From Albugo candida (taxonomy: Eukaryota): a stretch of DNA of 64,000 bases. The notes under the pieces are model-generated. The model made no database searches. It saw nothing but the letters and a program-made list of their open reading frames with translations, and had not been told where the DNA came from. Where the stretch lies: the NCBI GenBank assembly GCA_040437565.1, contig JBDOQK010000009.1:1-64000 (forward strand). The letters run 5' to 3'. Positions 24,700 to 36,970 of this stretch are shown here, piece after piece. Position 1 is the stretch's first letter. Each line of letters starts with the position of its first letter. Made by a program: the position numbers and the translations under genes.

Positions 24700-27600
24700 T
24701 GCAATTGATTTGATTAAGTGAATGGATCCTCTCCTTTACGCTCACAATGAAATGGCAAAAAATTTATGCAGAGAATTTACAAGTTTAGTACGTGGTTTTA
24801 CAGATAATTACGAAATAAGTNNNNNNNNNNNNNNNNNNNNNNNNNNNNNNNNNNNNNNNNNNNNNNNNNNNNNNNNNNNNNNNNNNNNNNNNNNNNNNNN
24901 NNNNNNNNNNNNNNNNNNNNGTGGTTTTACAGATAATTACGAAATAAGTATATTGTGAATATGAATATGAAACCTTATACGTTCTTTGAATCAACGCTTA
25001 GTTGCATGCAAAAGATGCGAGCGAATGCTTCTTTGCATTTATGAAATAAGAGATTACGATCGACTTACTGAGATTTTAAATTCAGCGAGACGTCTTCCTT
25101 GTTACCTGAGCAATGTTTGGCACCTTAACGCCTTTTTTTACCACTGCGATTTCTGTAATTGTGCTCATAATTTCCATAAATTACGAATATGTTGCCCCTT
25201 TGGCTCAAAACTACCTTTATGGCTTGTAAATAAAAAGCGACCTAATGGCTGTATCCAATCAGATACGGCTATATTCCTCGATATCACTTTATAAAGAGCG
25301 CTGGCGATGTGTTCTATATTCCTAAAGTGAGCATATCAGCAAATTCTCGCATTTCTATACTTTAGAGCGTATCAAATTGCTATTTCCCGCAATGGGAGTC
25401 GTCTCATTAGAAAGGAGCTATGCAGTGCAGTAAGATATTAAGTCTGTTAAAAGGAATATATCTGTCTTCCAAAATGTGATATATCAGGTGAAAGTTGTAT
25501 TCGATTGCAACATTTGCATATGATTGGGCAATCGCATTCGATGCAATTGTGATACCAATAGCTCGTACTGCTTTCCTGTCGGTTGGATTATTCTAAAAGT
25601 TGGACCTGCAGGTACGTGCCTATGCTCCAACCACGATGTAAAAGATTCCCAATCCTCATTCCTCAAAACGCAGTCAATTCGATATGAACATCTCACGTCT
25701 TTCGGCCATCATTCTGACAACTTATATTTTATTCCCAGTTCTATGCAAACGGAATGGAGAAAACAGATTCGACGTTGGGTCTTAGGAGGAGACATAGCAT
25801 ACCCAAAAATGAAGCTACAGCCTCCGACAATAAGAACCGAGAGCCTGAAAAATTCCGGAACGTAGCTGGGAAGCATCGAGCACAGCCTCAGCAAGTTGAA
25901 GCACCAGCTTTGCTACCTAGCCAAAGTGCTCCAATGCCAAAAGGTAAACCGCAAGTTACACTGGGTTTGCATGATAGTTATGTGACACTGTCCATTTAAT
26001 CGAATGAATATTGCTTTTGTTACAAACTCTGGTGATTGTTTGACACTACTTCATATGCTTTTTATCACGTCACTTTTCGATAGGTGCAGTTCTCGCTCGC
26101 GTTAGTAGGACAAGAGCGATTCACGAGACGAGTTTCTACTACAACAGAGGTAGCTGCTATCCTTTGATGGTATGGACCCAGCTCTGTGATATCACGTTCG
26201 TAGTACTCGACACGTTTCAGTCTTGAGCTTCTGTTGCTGTAGACGAGTCGAAGAAGAAATCAAAATGATCATTTTGACTGCAAAAGTCATCTTATTGTAG
26301 CTCTCGATCGGTGGTCAAGATATCATCACTCTATTAAAGTTGTTTCTCATGATTGCTTGATCCGCTTGCACGGTTCTTGACTCACCGCATTGTAGTAGGT
26401 CATAATATTGAATGCCAGACAATTAAAATCCGGAATCCGTCTGCTGCATTGACTTTGACAAATGAGCGCCTGATTGGTACTTTTGAGAATGCCTTTGACG
26501 CAACTCTTCATAACCGTTTCGTCCAGGCTTATGTTGCAGCTTGTATAGATAGCTACCACGCGTATGAATCTTTCTCAATATTTTCGCAAAGAAGGATGCT
26601 ATCTGTTGGTACGCATACGTCCGTGTATACTCAGCTATCCAATGTATGCTGCTCCAATCCACATGATGCGAGTGTAATCCGCCTCTACCCTTGTAGTGAT
26701 GTCCAGAAGGACAACACCCTCGTCTAAATGATGCTCTCGAGGACACTGGTATGTGCAACATGGAGCCGCTAGTGGGAACCTCATGTGATTCTGGTGTAAA
26801 TATTGCTTTGTCGGATGTCGAACGTGCAAACTTTAGCGTCAATGGACGCAAACCTCCTTCCAGAAAGCCCCTTCCGTGTCGAAACGGTGCTGTTTTAACT
26901 GAATTCTCATCCACCGTACTCAGACGATCAAAAGACTCAACGTAACCAATCTTTTTTGCGGCAATAGCTCCCAAACACTTTCTTGTTATCAGTGAACTTG
27001 GCTTAAAAATTCATGCGAATGGCCCCACAATCTGCGAACATGACGTTATATATGCTTTCTCGAGATATGTTGTAGGGTGAGCATGGTGCACTTTGGCTAA
27101 AGTCTGAATGAATTGGCTTCTCAGAGTGGAAATCGGCTAACGACAGGCTCTCCTTGAACTGAGTTTGGGCACAGCATTTGGATCTTGAGCCAAATGTGAT
27201 TTATCGTCGATGGAGAGTGTATGCGAGTCTCGCAACTCGTGGGGATAAACGTTTCGTTCATTGCTGTAACCGTGTTGTCCCAGTCTTGCACCCAAATAAT
27301 CCAATAAATTTTATTCTTTTCGGTATACGTCTAAAGGTGAAAAATTAATTCGGAGCCTGTCCGTCACGCTTTCTTTAGTGGTGGAGTAGTCCTTCTGGTA
27401 TGAGACGCTTTGTATCCCTGTGATACAATTGCCTCATGAGTAAAATACCGCTTACGTNNNNNNNNNNNNNNNNNNNNNNNNNNNNNNNNNNNNNNNNNNN
27501 NNNNNNNNNNNNNNNNNNNNNNNNNNNNNNNNNNNNNNNNNNNNNNNNNNNNNNNNNGTGAGCATGGTGCACTTTGGCTAAAGTCTGAATGAATTGGCTT

Positions 27601-28623
27601 CTCAGAGTGGAAATCGGCTAACGACAGGCTCTCCTTGAACTGAGTTTGGGCACAGCATTTGGATCTTGAGCCAAATGTGATTTATCGTCGATGGAGAGTG
27701 TATGCGAGTCTCGCAACTCGTGGGGATAAACGTTTCGTTCATTGCTGTAACCGTGTTGTCCCAGTCTTGCACCCAAATAATCCAATAAATTTTATTCTTT
27801 TCGGTATACGTCTAAAGGTGAAAAATTAATTCGGAGCCTGTCCGTCACGCTTTCTTTAGTGGTGGAGTAGTCCTTCTGGTATGAGACGCTTTGTATCCCT
27901 GTGATACAATTGCCTCATGAGTAAAATACCGCTTACGTCGCTAACGTATCGGGTGAGTAACTGCGCTGTTATTAGATTTTGATGCAAAGTTTGTTACGAC
28001 AAATCACGCCAAAGACAGGACAGGTGGAAGCATAAGAGGGTTTGTGTAAAAGTCCAACTAATTCTTTTCGGATTCATTCAGTAAGCTTTTCTCGACTTTG
28101 CTGGTGTCTCGATCGCAGCAGTCGGTCATCCAGCATGAATAGAGTCGACTCTGATTTTCGTGTGTCTTGAGGAATCACTTTTCTTCCAACATCTTGTAAT
28201 AAATGCGTTGTTTTCGTGCAATACGGACTCATCCAATGTATGGATGCCCAATCTCTCCTTTAATATGAGACGTGTATGACAAGAAATGAAGAAATGTTTG
28301 TCAATATAACAGCTATGGCAGGTTGGTAGTGGCCAACGAATACCTAGTGATCCAAATTGCTTCGCATAGCGGTGGTCAGCTCTAATGAAGAAGCTTTGGA
28401 GTGTACAAGCGTAGCGATAGATCTCGTGCTAGTTCCAATATTCAATAGATAGATCGACGCAACACTGCAATCTACCACAGCATTAAGAGTAGAGGCGCTT
28501 TGCTTCTATGACTAGCAACCTGCGGTAGATGAGAATGCAATGGGAAATTATTTGCATAGTCTTAAATTTGTACTGAAGGCAGGGGCTACGCCAAAGGGTA
28601 GATTCATAATAAAATTCGATATA

Positions 28624-28959
28624 TTAACTCTCTTTGTTTGGAGGATGAGCCTTTATATCAGCCTTATGAAATGTGGTATCAGGATACGGAGTTTTCACCA
28701 TATCATCTGGTTTCTTGCCTGATTCTCTGACTGACCTCATAGACGATCTCGAACTTGGAGAAACCGGTGGCTTGCCCGGGAGTGACTGTAGGCGTTGCTT
28801 CGTCGATAAAGTTTTCGTCCGGCTCGTATCTGGCGTCTCCGTAGGACTTCCCATCATTAGACTCCGTTCATGTAGTAGCATCACGGGCATAGACGAATGC
28901 AGTTGCACAAGTGCGGAGGCTGCCGAGACTGATAAAAGGTAAGTAGATGCGATCTTCAT
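28624..28959 (-). CDS. Small secreted protein, RxLM family member 1 (111 aa)
   Basis: Begins MKIASTYLLSVSAASALVQLHSS, then HERSLM. N-terminus is homologous to the ORFs at 48006 and 60799. INR/FPR-like element upstream. Confidence 0.75.
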   Translation of the reverse strand: MKIASTYLLSVSAASALVQLHSSMPVMLLHERSLMMGSPTETPDTSRTKTLSTKQRLQSLPGKPPVSPSSRSSMRSVRESGKKPDDMVKTPYPDTTFHKADIKAHPPNKES

Positions 28960-28990
28960 GTGAGTTTTCCTTCTGTTGTAACTTGGAAAA

Positions 28991-29008
28991 GGAAATTCAA
29001 ATATGAGC
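28991..29008 (-). promoter_or_regulatory. Oomycete INR/FPR-like core promoter
   Basis: GCTCATATTTGAATTTCC about 30-50 bp upstream of the ATG at 28959, resembling GCTCATTYYNCAWTTT. Confidence 0.6.
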
Positions 29009-29587
29009 AATGCAAATTTTGATACATGCAACTTCGACAATTTTGCGAGCGATAATTCGAATTTCTTTTCTGAAAGATATACAAAATACAAGCCCAATGA
29101 CGTGCAGATAAGTTCAGCTTGTCACGTTTATCCGCATAGCTCACGCCTTTCTGCCAGCACATATTAACATACCTGATGCGGAATTTTCAGAACAGGACCC
29201 ATCCACATGTCTCAAGGCAACCAGAAAATTGTATGGTTTGATCATTTCTGGAAGGGTTATATTCATACTTTATTAGACGGCGTGGTAAGCATGCTGAAGC
29301 AAAAATCCTCGGCGTAATGAGTTCTGCCCTTCTTGCGATACCTTTCTTGTTGCCCTGGAATTGAGCGTGCTGGCCTCCAAGAGAAAAGGTGAACTACGAC
29401 GTATCTTCAACGAGATTGAATATTTGCATACATTTACAAATGATAGTACAATCCAAACTGTATAATCTAATAACATATGCGTTGCATAAGCAGTCAAACG
29501 GAATTGGAATATGAACTGATCAAGACGACCAAGACAAGTACACTGTTATAGAGTTTTTATAGTGCTTAGGACCGACAGTAGCAACTG

Positions 29588-29877
29588 CTACCGTTGACTG
29601 TGAGCGCCTTTACCCTCCACGTATTCGCTTGCTGCTTCCCTTGCTGTATCATCTGCAATCTGATTCCAAGTGGATTCCCAATCAGTTTTTCCCGTATGCG
29701 CTCGGACATGTTTCCAGATGATTTTACGGCCACCTTGTGCCTCCAGTAAGGATTTAAGCAAGTCGTGATTTTTGACCATGTCATATACAGAATTCGTTTT
29801 CGTTTTCTTCCTCCAGTTGGATTCCTTCCATCGTGTAACCCACTCTGTCATTGACCGAATAAGAAGCATACTATCCG
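29588..29877 (-). pseudogene. Inverted duplicate of the RNase H1 3' part (5' part hidden in gap, could be a complete paralog)
   Basis: Nearly identical to about 47550-47816. C-terminus is KGAHSQR versus TPALNRR. Confidence 0.8.
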
Positions 29878-29977
29878 NNNNNNNNNNNNNNNNNNNNNNN
29901 NNNNNNNNNNNNNNNNNNNNNNNNNNNNNNNNNNNNNNNNNNNNNNNNNNNNNNNNNNNNNNNNNNNNNNNNNNNNN

Positions 29978-30178
29978 CGAGGTTCGTTGAGTCTCAAGTC
30001 TGTCGTCACAACCGAAGGAAGCGATAGCTTCAGAACTTGAACGCCAGCATCGGTTTCTCGCGTCACAAGAAAATGATCCTTCAGCTCCTCTTTAAATTCC
30101 ACTTTTGAAGCAAACGTCGCTTGACTCCAATCTAATAAACCAGCAAGAAGTGGTCCTGTTTGTGCGGCATCCGAGTCG
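29978..30178 (-). pseudogene. 5'-truncated inverted duplicate of ETFB
   Basis: [13 protein letters not shown]...DLRLNEP is nearly identical to about 46068-46267 (one N>K change). Homology stops at about 30190. Confidence 0.85.
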
Positions 30179-30937
30179 TTCAATTGTTTTCAGTAGGTGC
30201 TCTAATGGTCTTTCCGATATCGTAAGGAGATTAGGTCGAGGGCTTGCCGAAAGCGTGCCGTAGTCATACCTCAGCAGGCTCATCTGACAGCCGAGTGACC
30301 ATCAGTTTGCTGAATGAACATGATGGCGTCGGTAATACATTTCAGGATTGACAGTGGGTTTTGTAGTTTGCTAAGGAAGACGAACATTCCGAAGTTGTAA
30401 AGAAGGATAGATATCTCGGCCTCTATCGGCATAGTGTTTCCAACTTTGTGGTCGATTTCAGAGATTCAACCAAGAGCAGGAGTTGGCCATGATACCTTTC
30501 CGAGTATATTCATTCTTGCTTCATTTAAGTCAAAGACAGTTGTCGTCATCTCAAGCGCTCCATCATCTGAATTCCACGCATGATGTCGTCGAAACTGCCA
30601 CTCTTTCATTTATTTCATCGACCTCGTTCCTATGTAGTCATTCATAGCTGCCTTACATTCTCCAATACATTCCTTCCCATTCGTCTACGCAGTGGCATGT
30701 GTACTCCATATCCATACATTGCATCAGAGATGAAAATCAGCACAATAAACAGCAAAGTACACCTGAACCTCGCTATAGCATCCAAAATTAACATCCTCGG
30801 GGGAATCAACCAAGCGCCCGTCGAGGACCCATTGTCTACCTCCATCCGACAATTCGTTTCTAATGAAAGACGAGTAGGGCGTATCGCATTTCTATTGGCA
30901 GAAATCTTGTCAAGTATAATTCTGACTCTGCAGCACG

Positions 30938-32534
30938 ATGCTTCGTTCGACTACCGCATTTGTCGCGTCATTGCGTGAGAAGGAACAACAAGATTATGTG
31001 CAAAAGCAGGAAACATTGCACCAGGTGCATGAAGTATTGAATGAGATGGTCTATGATGTTGAGATATTTGAATATGAATGCGGAAAGCGTCATTTACAAA
31101 CAGAGCTGCGCGCAGTACGCACGCATTTAAAACAAGTTCAAGAGCGCGAAAAGGAATTACAAAAACGATACTTATATTCGGTGAAGAATCTTAATAAAAT
31201 AAGTCAAGAAGGCAATACTTTGGCAGCGAATGTGCACATAAAATTACAAGAAATCGTGTTGCAATTACAAGAAAAAGAGCATTTGGAGACATTGTACCAA
31301 AAGGCAAAAGAACAATCAAAGGCTGATGCACAAATATCAAAAGATCTGTCAAAGGCACAATCAATAATACGAGAATTGAGACGAAAACAAAAACTTCAGC
31401 AAATGATGATGCCAAGTCCCATCGCAACACGAAACTCGAGTGAACTACAAAAAGAGATTCATTACAATGAAGGAAATGTTTTACTAATGAGTATTCCCGA
31501 TCGTCAACTTCTCGATATATTCTCGTATTTGGAAGCTCCAGATGTCCTGGCGATCGGAATGGTAAATTGTGGATTTCGAGACCGCATTCACTCAATCTTT
31601 GGAATGAAACACACATTCAGTTCGAATACAAACTATTCTTCTGCATCATCCAAACGTGTGCCTTCCACACCTGCACATACAACCATCGCGACATTGGAGA
31701 AAGCAAAGGAACGGATGCAAATTCTCGACACTTGATTCTGTCATTTCACTTACCTCTTTTGATGAAAATGTAGAATTCCAAACTGGATTTAATCATTCGC
31801 TCGTTAAAAAAGGATGAAATGAAGCTTTTCCGCGATATGTCACAGCGAATCAAGACGTTAGAGGTGAGTATTCACGCTCAACCACTTACATCTCCGTTAA
31901 TGTGAAGATAAGTTCCTGTAGAGCAATCTGACCCAAACAAAGACCGAACGCGAAGACCTATCGGCTCGTCTCAGTAGTGCTGAAGATGTTCGCGATTTTC
32001 TGATGGCGAAACTCAAAGAAGCAGAAGAAGTCCTGGCAACGACTTTCCAAAAGAATAAAAAGCAAGACGAACAACTGGCAATGGATCGAGAAATCATTGG
32101 GTTTTTGGATGCAAAATCGCAGCAATACGAACTCACAATAAATAATTGTGCGCGAGAAAACGAGCATTACCGAAACGAATTGAAGCGAATCCGAGAGGAG
32201 AATGAGGCTCGAATCAAAGTGCGTTTTCTCATTTCGTCTTCCTCTTTGTTATCAATCGCATTGGCTGCAGGTTACGCAAGATATGGTCGAAGTCCTCGCT
32301 GAAGAGAAACATGAAATTGAAGCACAATTACGGGTACGTTATGCGGTTCCATTGTGTACCCAAAAGGGTAACTGGTTATCTTTGCTGTAGTCGCAACGCA
32401 AGTTACTGGTACGGGAAGTTAAAGTCTTGCGAGCGCAATTGCGCCATTTACAAAAGGAGAAAGAGCAGCATCACGAGCAATGGAAGCAGCTGAGGGATGT
32501 TTTGGTTCGATTGGACGATGCAGAGACATGGTAG
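30938..32534 (+). CDS. Coiled-coil protein with a central F-box-like motif, multi-exon (later exons 31774-31863, 31922-32218, 32271-32333, 32391-32534)
   Basis: F-box-like LLMSIPDRQLLDIFSYLEAPDVLAIGMVNCGFR. Three clear GT-AG introns give a continuous coiled-coil frame ending DAETW*. The first donor and the true start are uncertain. Confidence 0.75.
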
Positions 32535-32621
32535 ATATAGACACAAGTATGTACCCCAAATGATAACCCCCTGCGAACGAAAGCTATTATTCGAGTAGCT
32601 CCGGTACGCTAAAAAGATCGG

Positions 32622-35600
32622 ATGCGTTATTTATCGTATTGCTACAGCCGAATATCGACGCGCTTTTGCGCACTCAAACGATACAAATCGTGTCGAAAAT
32701 CCATTCTTCCACCATTTTTGCTTGTTAGTGTGGGTCTCACGCTCAGTAGTTCGCAATTGAGCTGCTTTAGTCGACCGTCAGAGCCAGAAAACATCCCACA
32801 AAGAAATGGTCATCGATTTTCCCATTTTCGCATGCAAGCGCAATACTATAAGCAACTCGTACATGTCACGTGTATTCTCGCTGTGTATTCTTTGAGTCGA
32901 GAAAAAGACTCGAGTTCCGATACATTTGCGCGCTCTATTTTTAATCGACATAACAGCTGGGAGATAACTGTTATAACACTATTGTTGCAATTAATTTTGA
33001 AACAAAATGCTGCGAATCACAATTTTCGCCAATTGGACTTTTGGATAACGGAAAAGCTCTTTTCAGTCAATATCTTTGATTTTCTTCTCCACAGCTCCGA
33101 TAAGCAGCAACGTAAGAAGCGATTCTTTCCCATTGCGTCTAGAAATTCGTCATTCTCAAAATTTGTAAATGTGCAGTTTCCGACAGAATCGATTTATTTC
33201 ACCAATTAATTGCAATATTTCATCGGCAATTATCGACTCCGACACATTTGTTCGGTACTTTTGATATGAAATTTGGAATTTCATTACCGAAATTGGGCGT
33301 TTTTCTGAAAGAATGCGATGGAAATGATACGTTAAGGGAAAAACTTTCTCCTGTGATCGAATTGCTCAATTCCATTTTGGTTCAAGAATTCGACACAGGC
33401 GTGACGCGTCCATCGATCACCAGCTGCTTTCGAGTTGATAGCGATGAGATACATCCTTCTGTTTGGGTTCCAGGTGCTATTCAAGGCTTTTTGACACTTT
33501 TGAAGCCCGATAATTTTGAAGCTGTACGACAGGTACACCAATATCATATCTCTTTATTTGCATTAATCGACAAGATTTTAGTTTGGAATCGGAGCAATCA
33601 CTCGGATATTGGCCACATACGAGCAGAACGTGCCGCTACAAATACAAGCGGATAACGATCTCAAAGACCTTATACAACCTGAAACACTAAAACAGCTTAT
33701 AAAGACATTTTCCCCAAATGACGATACAACAATTCACATACTGTTCACACGAATGCTTCAATATGTGATGCTTTTAGCCTCAGCGTCCAACTCACCGAAT
33801 TGTGAGAAAATCTATGCTCAATGTATCGATCACATGGAAAAGCAGAGCAACACTGCAATGGAGCATCAACAACTCAAGGAAACCTCTCTGTTCTGGCGAA
33901 TCGTAAGCTCAAATCAGCTTGGACGAGATGTATGGACCTCATCAAGTGGTACAAAGACACTTTTGCAACTTTCACGTCAGCTTTACATTCCATCAAAAAG
34001 AGTTGTGTCTCGTGTGGATAAGGATTTTACATACGACTGCATCGCTTCTCGAGCACATTTCTCAAAAGCCATACGAAATATCGTCACGAGCGCTGGTCGA
34101 TGGGAAGAATTAGCACCGCTATTGGGCTCCAATCCCAAAGCCACAGCGTCACCGTTCTCACTTCTTTATTCGCATTTAAACACTCCAATGACCGACATTT
34201 TCAAAAATACGTCGGATGTTGCAGATCTTCCCGTATTCGGCGCTGGTGACGTCGATGCAACCACGGAATTCGGATGGATGGATGTGCTGACGTCATGGAC
34301 GATGAGCTCTCAGCCAACGGCTCGAAATGCCATTAAAAGCCTTCACCATCTCTTATGGCTTGCTATCTGTGACTCGAACGGATTCTCACGCATGCAGGTC
34401 AACCAGCTGTTACAAGCATGGATGCTTCGAATGTTACAAAGCATTCGTGAGCTTCAAAATGGCCAAGAAGTCTTAGCGATTACACAAGTCGAAGAAGCCG
34501 CAGCCATCTCACACGAAGTGACTCCGGGGAGCGAGAAAGTTGATTACGATCCAATTATTCTCACACACGGGCTCAACGCGTTGGCAGTGTTTGCGGAACA
34601 ACATCACGCCGAGCTGATTGCCAGAGGCGTTGTGCCTCTCACGTCTCTTATTGCGGCCGTATCAGCGCATGAGTCAGAGCATATGCGTTACTTCCGAGTT
34701 GGCAGTTGTGCTCGCGTTATTGCTAATTTGGTTGCTTCCACGTGCGCCACATTACAGTCGCAAAACGTTTTGGACAGTAACGTGCCGCATATTCAGCACG
34801 AACTCGAACGATTTAAAAGCGGCAAAGCCTTTTTGGAACGTCTGATTCATTGGAATTGTTCGAAAAATGCAATGGAACGATCGAATTTCTACCGTGCGAT
34901 TGTGAATATGGAGGCGATGGACGATATCCTTCAGAATCAATGCACCTCAAAACCCGTCTATCATGACTGCCTGAATCCGATTCCGCCCTTGGAATCGACT
35001 TTGTTGCCGCATAGAAAAAAGCTCGACATCATTTTGATTCATGGGCTTCGTGGTCATCCGTTTGAAACGTGGAGAACTGATACAGCGACATCAGCGAGTG
35101 CGAATAGAAATTCCCTTTGGCCCGAAGAGTTTCTATTGCCTGATTTAGCAGCTCACAACATCCAAGCGCGTGTGCTTACACTCGGATACGAAGCTGGAAT
35201 GGTCAGTTGGTCGAGTCCTTGGCCGTCATTATCACTTCCAGAGCGAGCCAAACTCATGCTAGACGCACTACAATCCGCTAAAGTCGATCTCATGAGCGCA
35301 GAGCTCGAAGCATCGACACCGATAGTTTTCATCACGCATTCTCTTGGCGGTCTGCTTGTCAAAGAGATGCTCTTACAGGCAGCGTGTCAGAGTCCGCATT
35401 CAGCCAAGAACGTTGCCGGTGTAATCTTCTTCGCAGTTCCTCACTTTGGCTCGGATTTGGTCAAAGGCGTTCATACACAAGCGATACGATCACTTCTCCG
35501 AACGCATCCAGCGCTTGTCGATTTGTTTGAGAAGAAGGGAAGACTCGAATTTCTCAATGATTCCTTCCGATCGCTTTATATCAATTGCTTGAGTTTTGCG

Positions 35601-35888
35601 GAATCAAAGCCGTCCTCTGTGGGATTTGGAATCTCGGCGATGATCGTCAAGCCCAAGTACGCCAACCCGCTCACCGGAGCCTTTTACATCGTCCCTGGAG
35701 CCGATCATATGTCTATCTGTAAGGCGACATCGCCACAAGATCCCGTCTATCGCCGCGTCGTGGAGTACATTGTGCAGCGAGGGAATGCACAAAACGATGT
35801 TCAAGAGGCAGAGCGCGTGGAAGAGAATCACAACACAGTCACATTACAAACTCATGAAACAGCGGCAGAATTAGAAACTCGCTCGTAG
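32622..35888 (+). CDS. SERAC1: SERAC1-like alpha/beta-hydrolase, multi-exon
   Basis: DIILIHGLRG, WPEEFLLPDL, RVLTLGY, FITHSLGGLLVKEML, FFAVPHFGS and DHMSICK motifs. Intron 33532-33579 joins the 33248 and 33609 frames. The 5' exon structure is uncertain. Confidence 0.8.
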
Positions 35889-36581
35889 TACGATTCCTTG
35901 AGGGAGCACGCGGATCGTTTGTCTGAATTCGCATTCACAAACGTATATAGCTTACATCGATCGTTTCGGAAGCACGCAACACAGCCATCGGATAATCCTT
36001 CATACGATTTCTGTCTCGATGACAGGACACTTAGCGGTGTCTGGACGCTTGTGGCATTGAGATTCCATTCATGACGCCCGATACAACTCCAAGTGCGCTA
36101 CGACGACCGAACGAGTTTGACTTCAGATAACGATCGATACTCCGTCTTCATTTTGATTGACAAATGTGTACGGTGCATTGAGGCGTCTCGGAGCACTTTT
36201 GGCAGCATTCATGGATAGATTCCGCGTACGACTTGAAGGTCATTCCCGTGATAATCAACGTCGACTTTTTGCGTGGAGCACATTTTGGGACGCTGTAAGC
36301 ATTGGAATGCCACGGCTGGCAGTAGGAAGTCCCTTCTTGACAACACGTCTGCTTTGAGTGATCCCCGCATTTGGCTCCCGTTGGAATGGAACATTGCGGC
36401 GTATCCACCAGTCCCGACACGGCACCTTTCCTCTCACGCAATGAAGCGATCGCATGCTTTCGATCCACGGATAGTACCTTGTATTCCAAGGCTGGCAATA
36501 GCCATAATCACAGCAATTCAAGTCCGAAAGCCTGAAGCTGTCCCCACACTTTTGACTGACATCGAATGTGATGTTGGCCAT
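35852..36581 (-). pseudogene. Frameshifted CBEL-like pseudogene (three decayed CBM1/PAN units)
   Basis: Fragments LNCCDYGYCQPWNTRYY, GAVSGLVDTPQCSI...YCQPW, VDYHGNDL and CKLYTFVNANSDKRSACSLKES...AAVS* lie in different frames and are colinear with the intact neighbour. Confidence 0.88.
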
Positions 36582-36970
36582 TCTTATGGAAGCAGAAGAG
36601 AGTTTGTGTTGTGAGGAATAAAGCTCTCTTCATCCGAATTTGATGTTGGCAACGTATTCGACTCTATTCGATGGAGTGACGTGGGTCTCCATTGTCTTAA
36701 AGAATCCGTTCGACAAAGAGCTCAGGATACCGAATGAAACCGCGAGCCTTTCGAGCTGTCTCATACACATCAGTTACGTGCATTTGTGGCTCGAGCGCCT
36801 GCCGTTTGCCAATATCGAGTCAGTGATATAAATGTGAGGTCAACGACTCCGTTTTTATGAAATGACCGAAATATCCCAAAAATTACGATCGAAACTGTGT
36901 CCATTGCGTTTATCGATCAAATGCGAGTCGTATTCCCAATTTGTCTTTTGAGAGCGCACGATACAAAAAT

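Noticed and set aside
25754-26974. Possible spliced gene from 25754 and 183-aa minus ORF at 26423
   Set aside because: A plausible intron follows 25942 but the frame closes soon after, and no domain was recognised in either.
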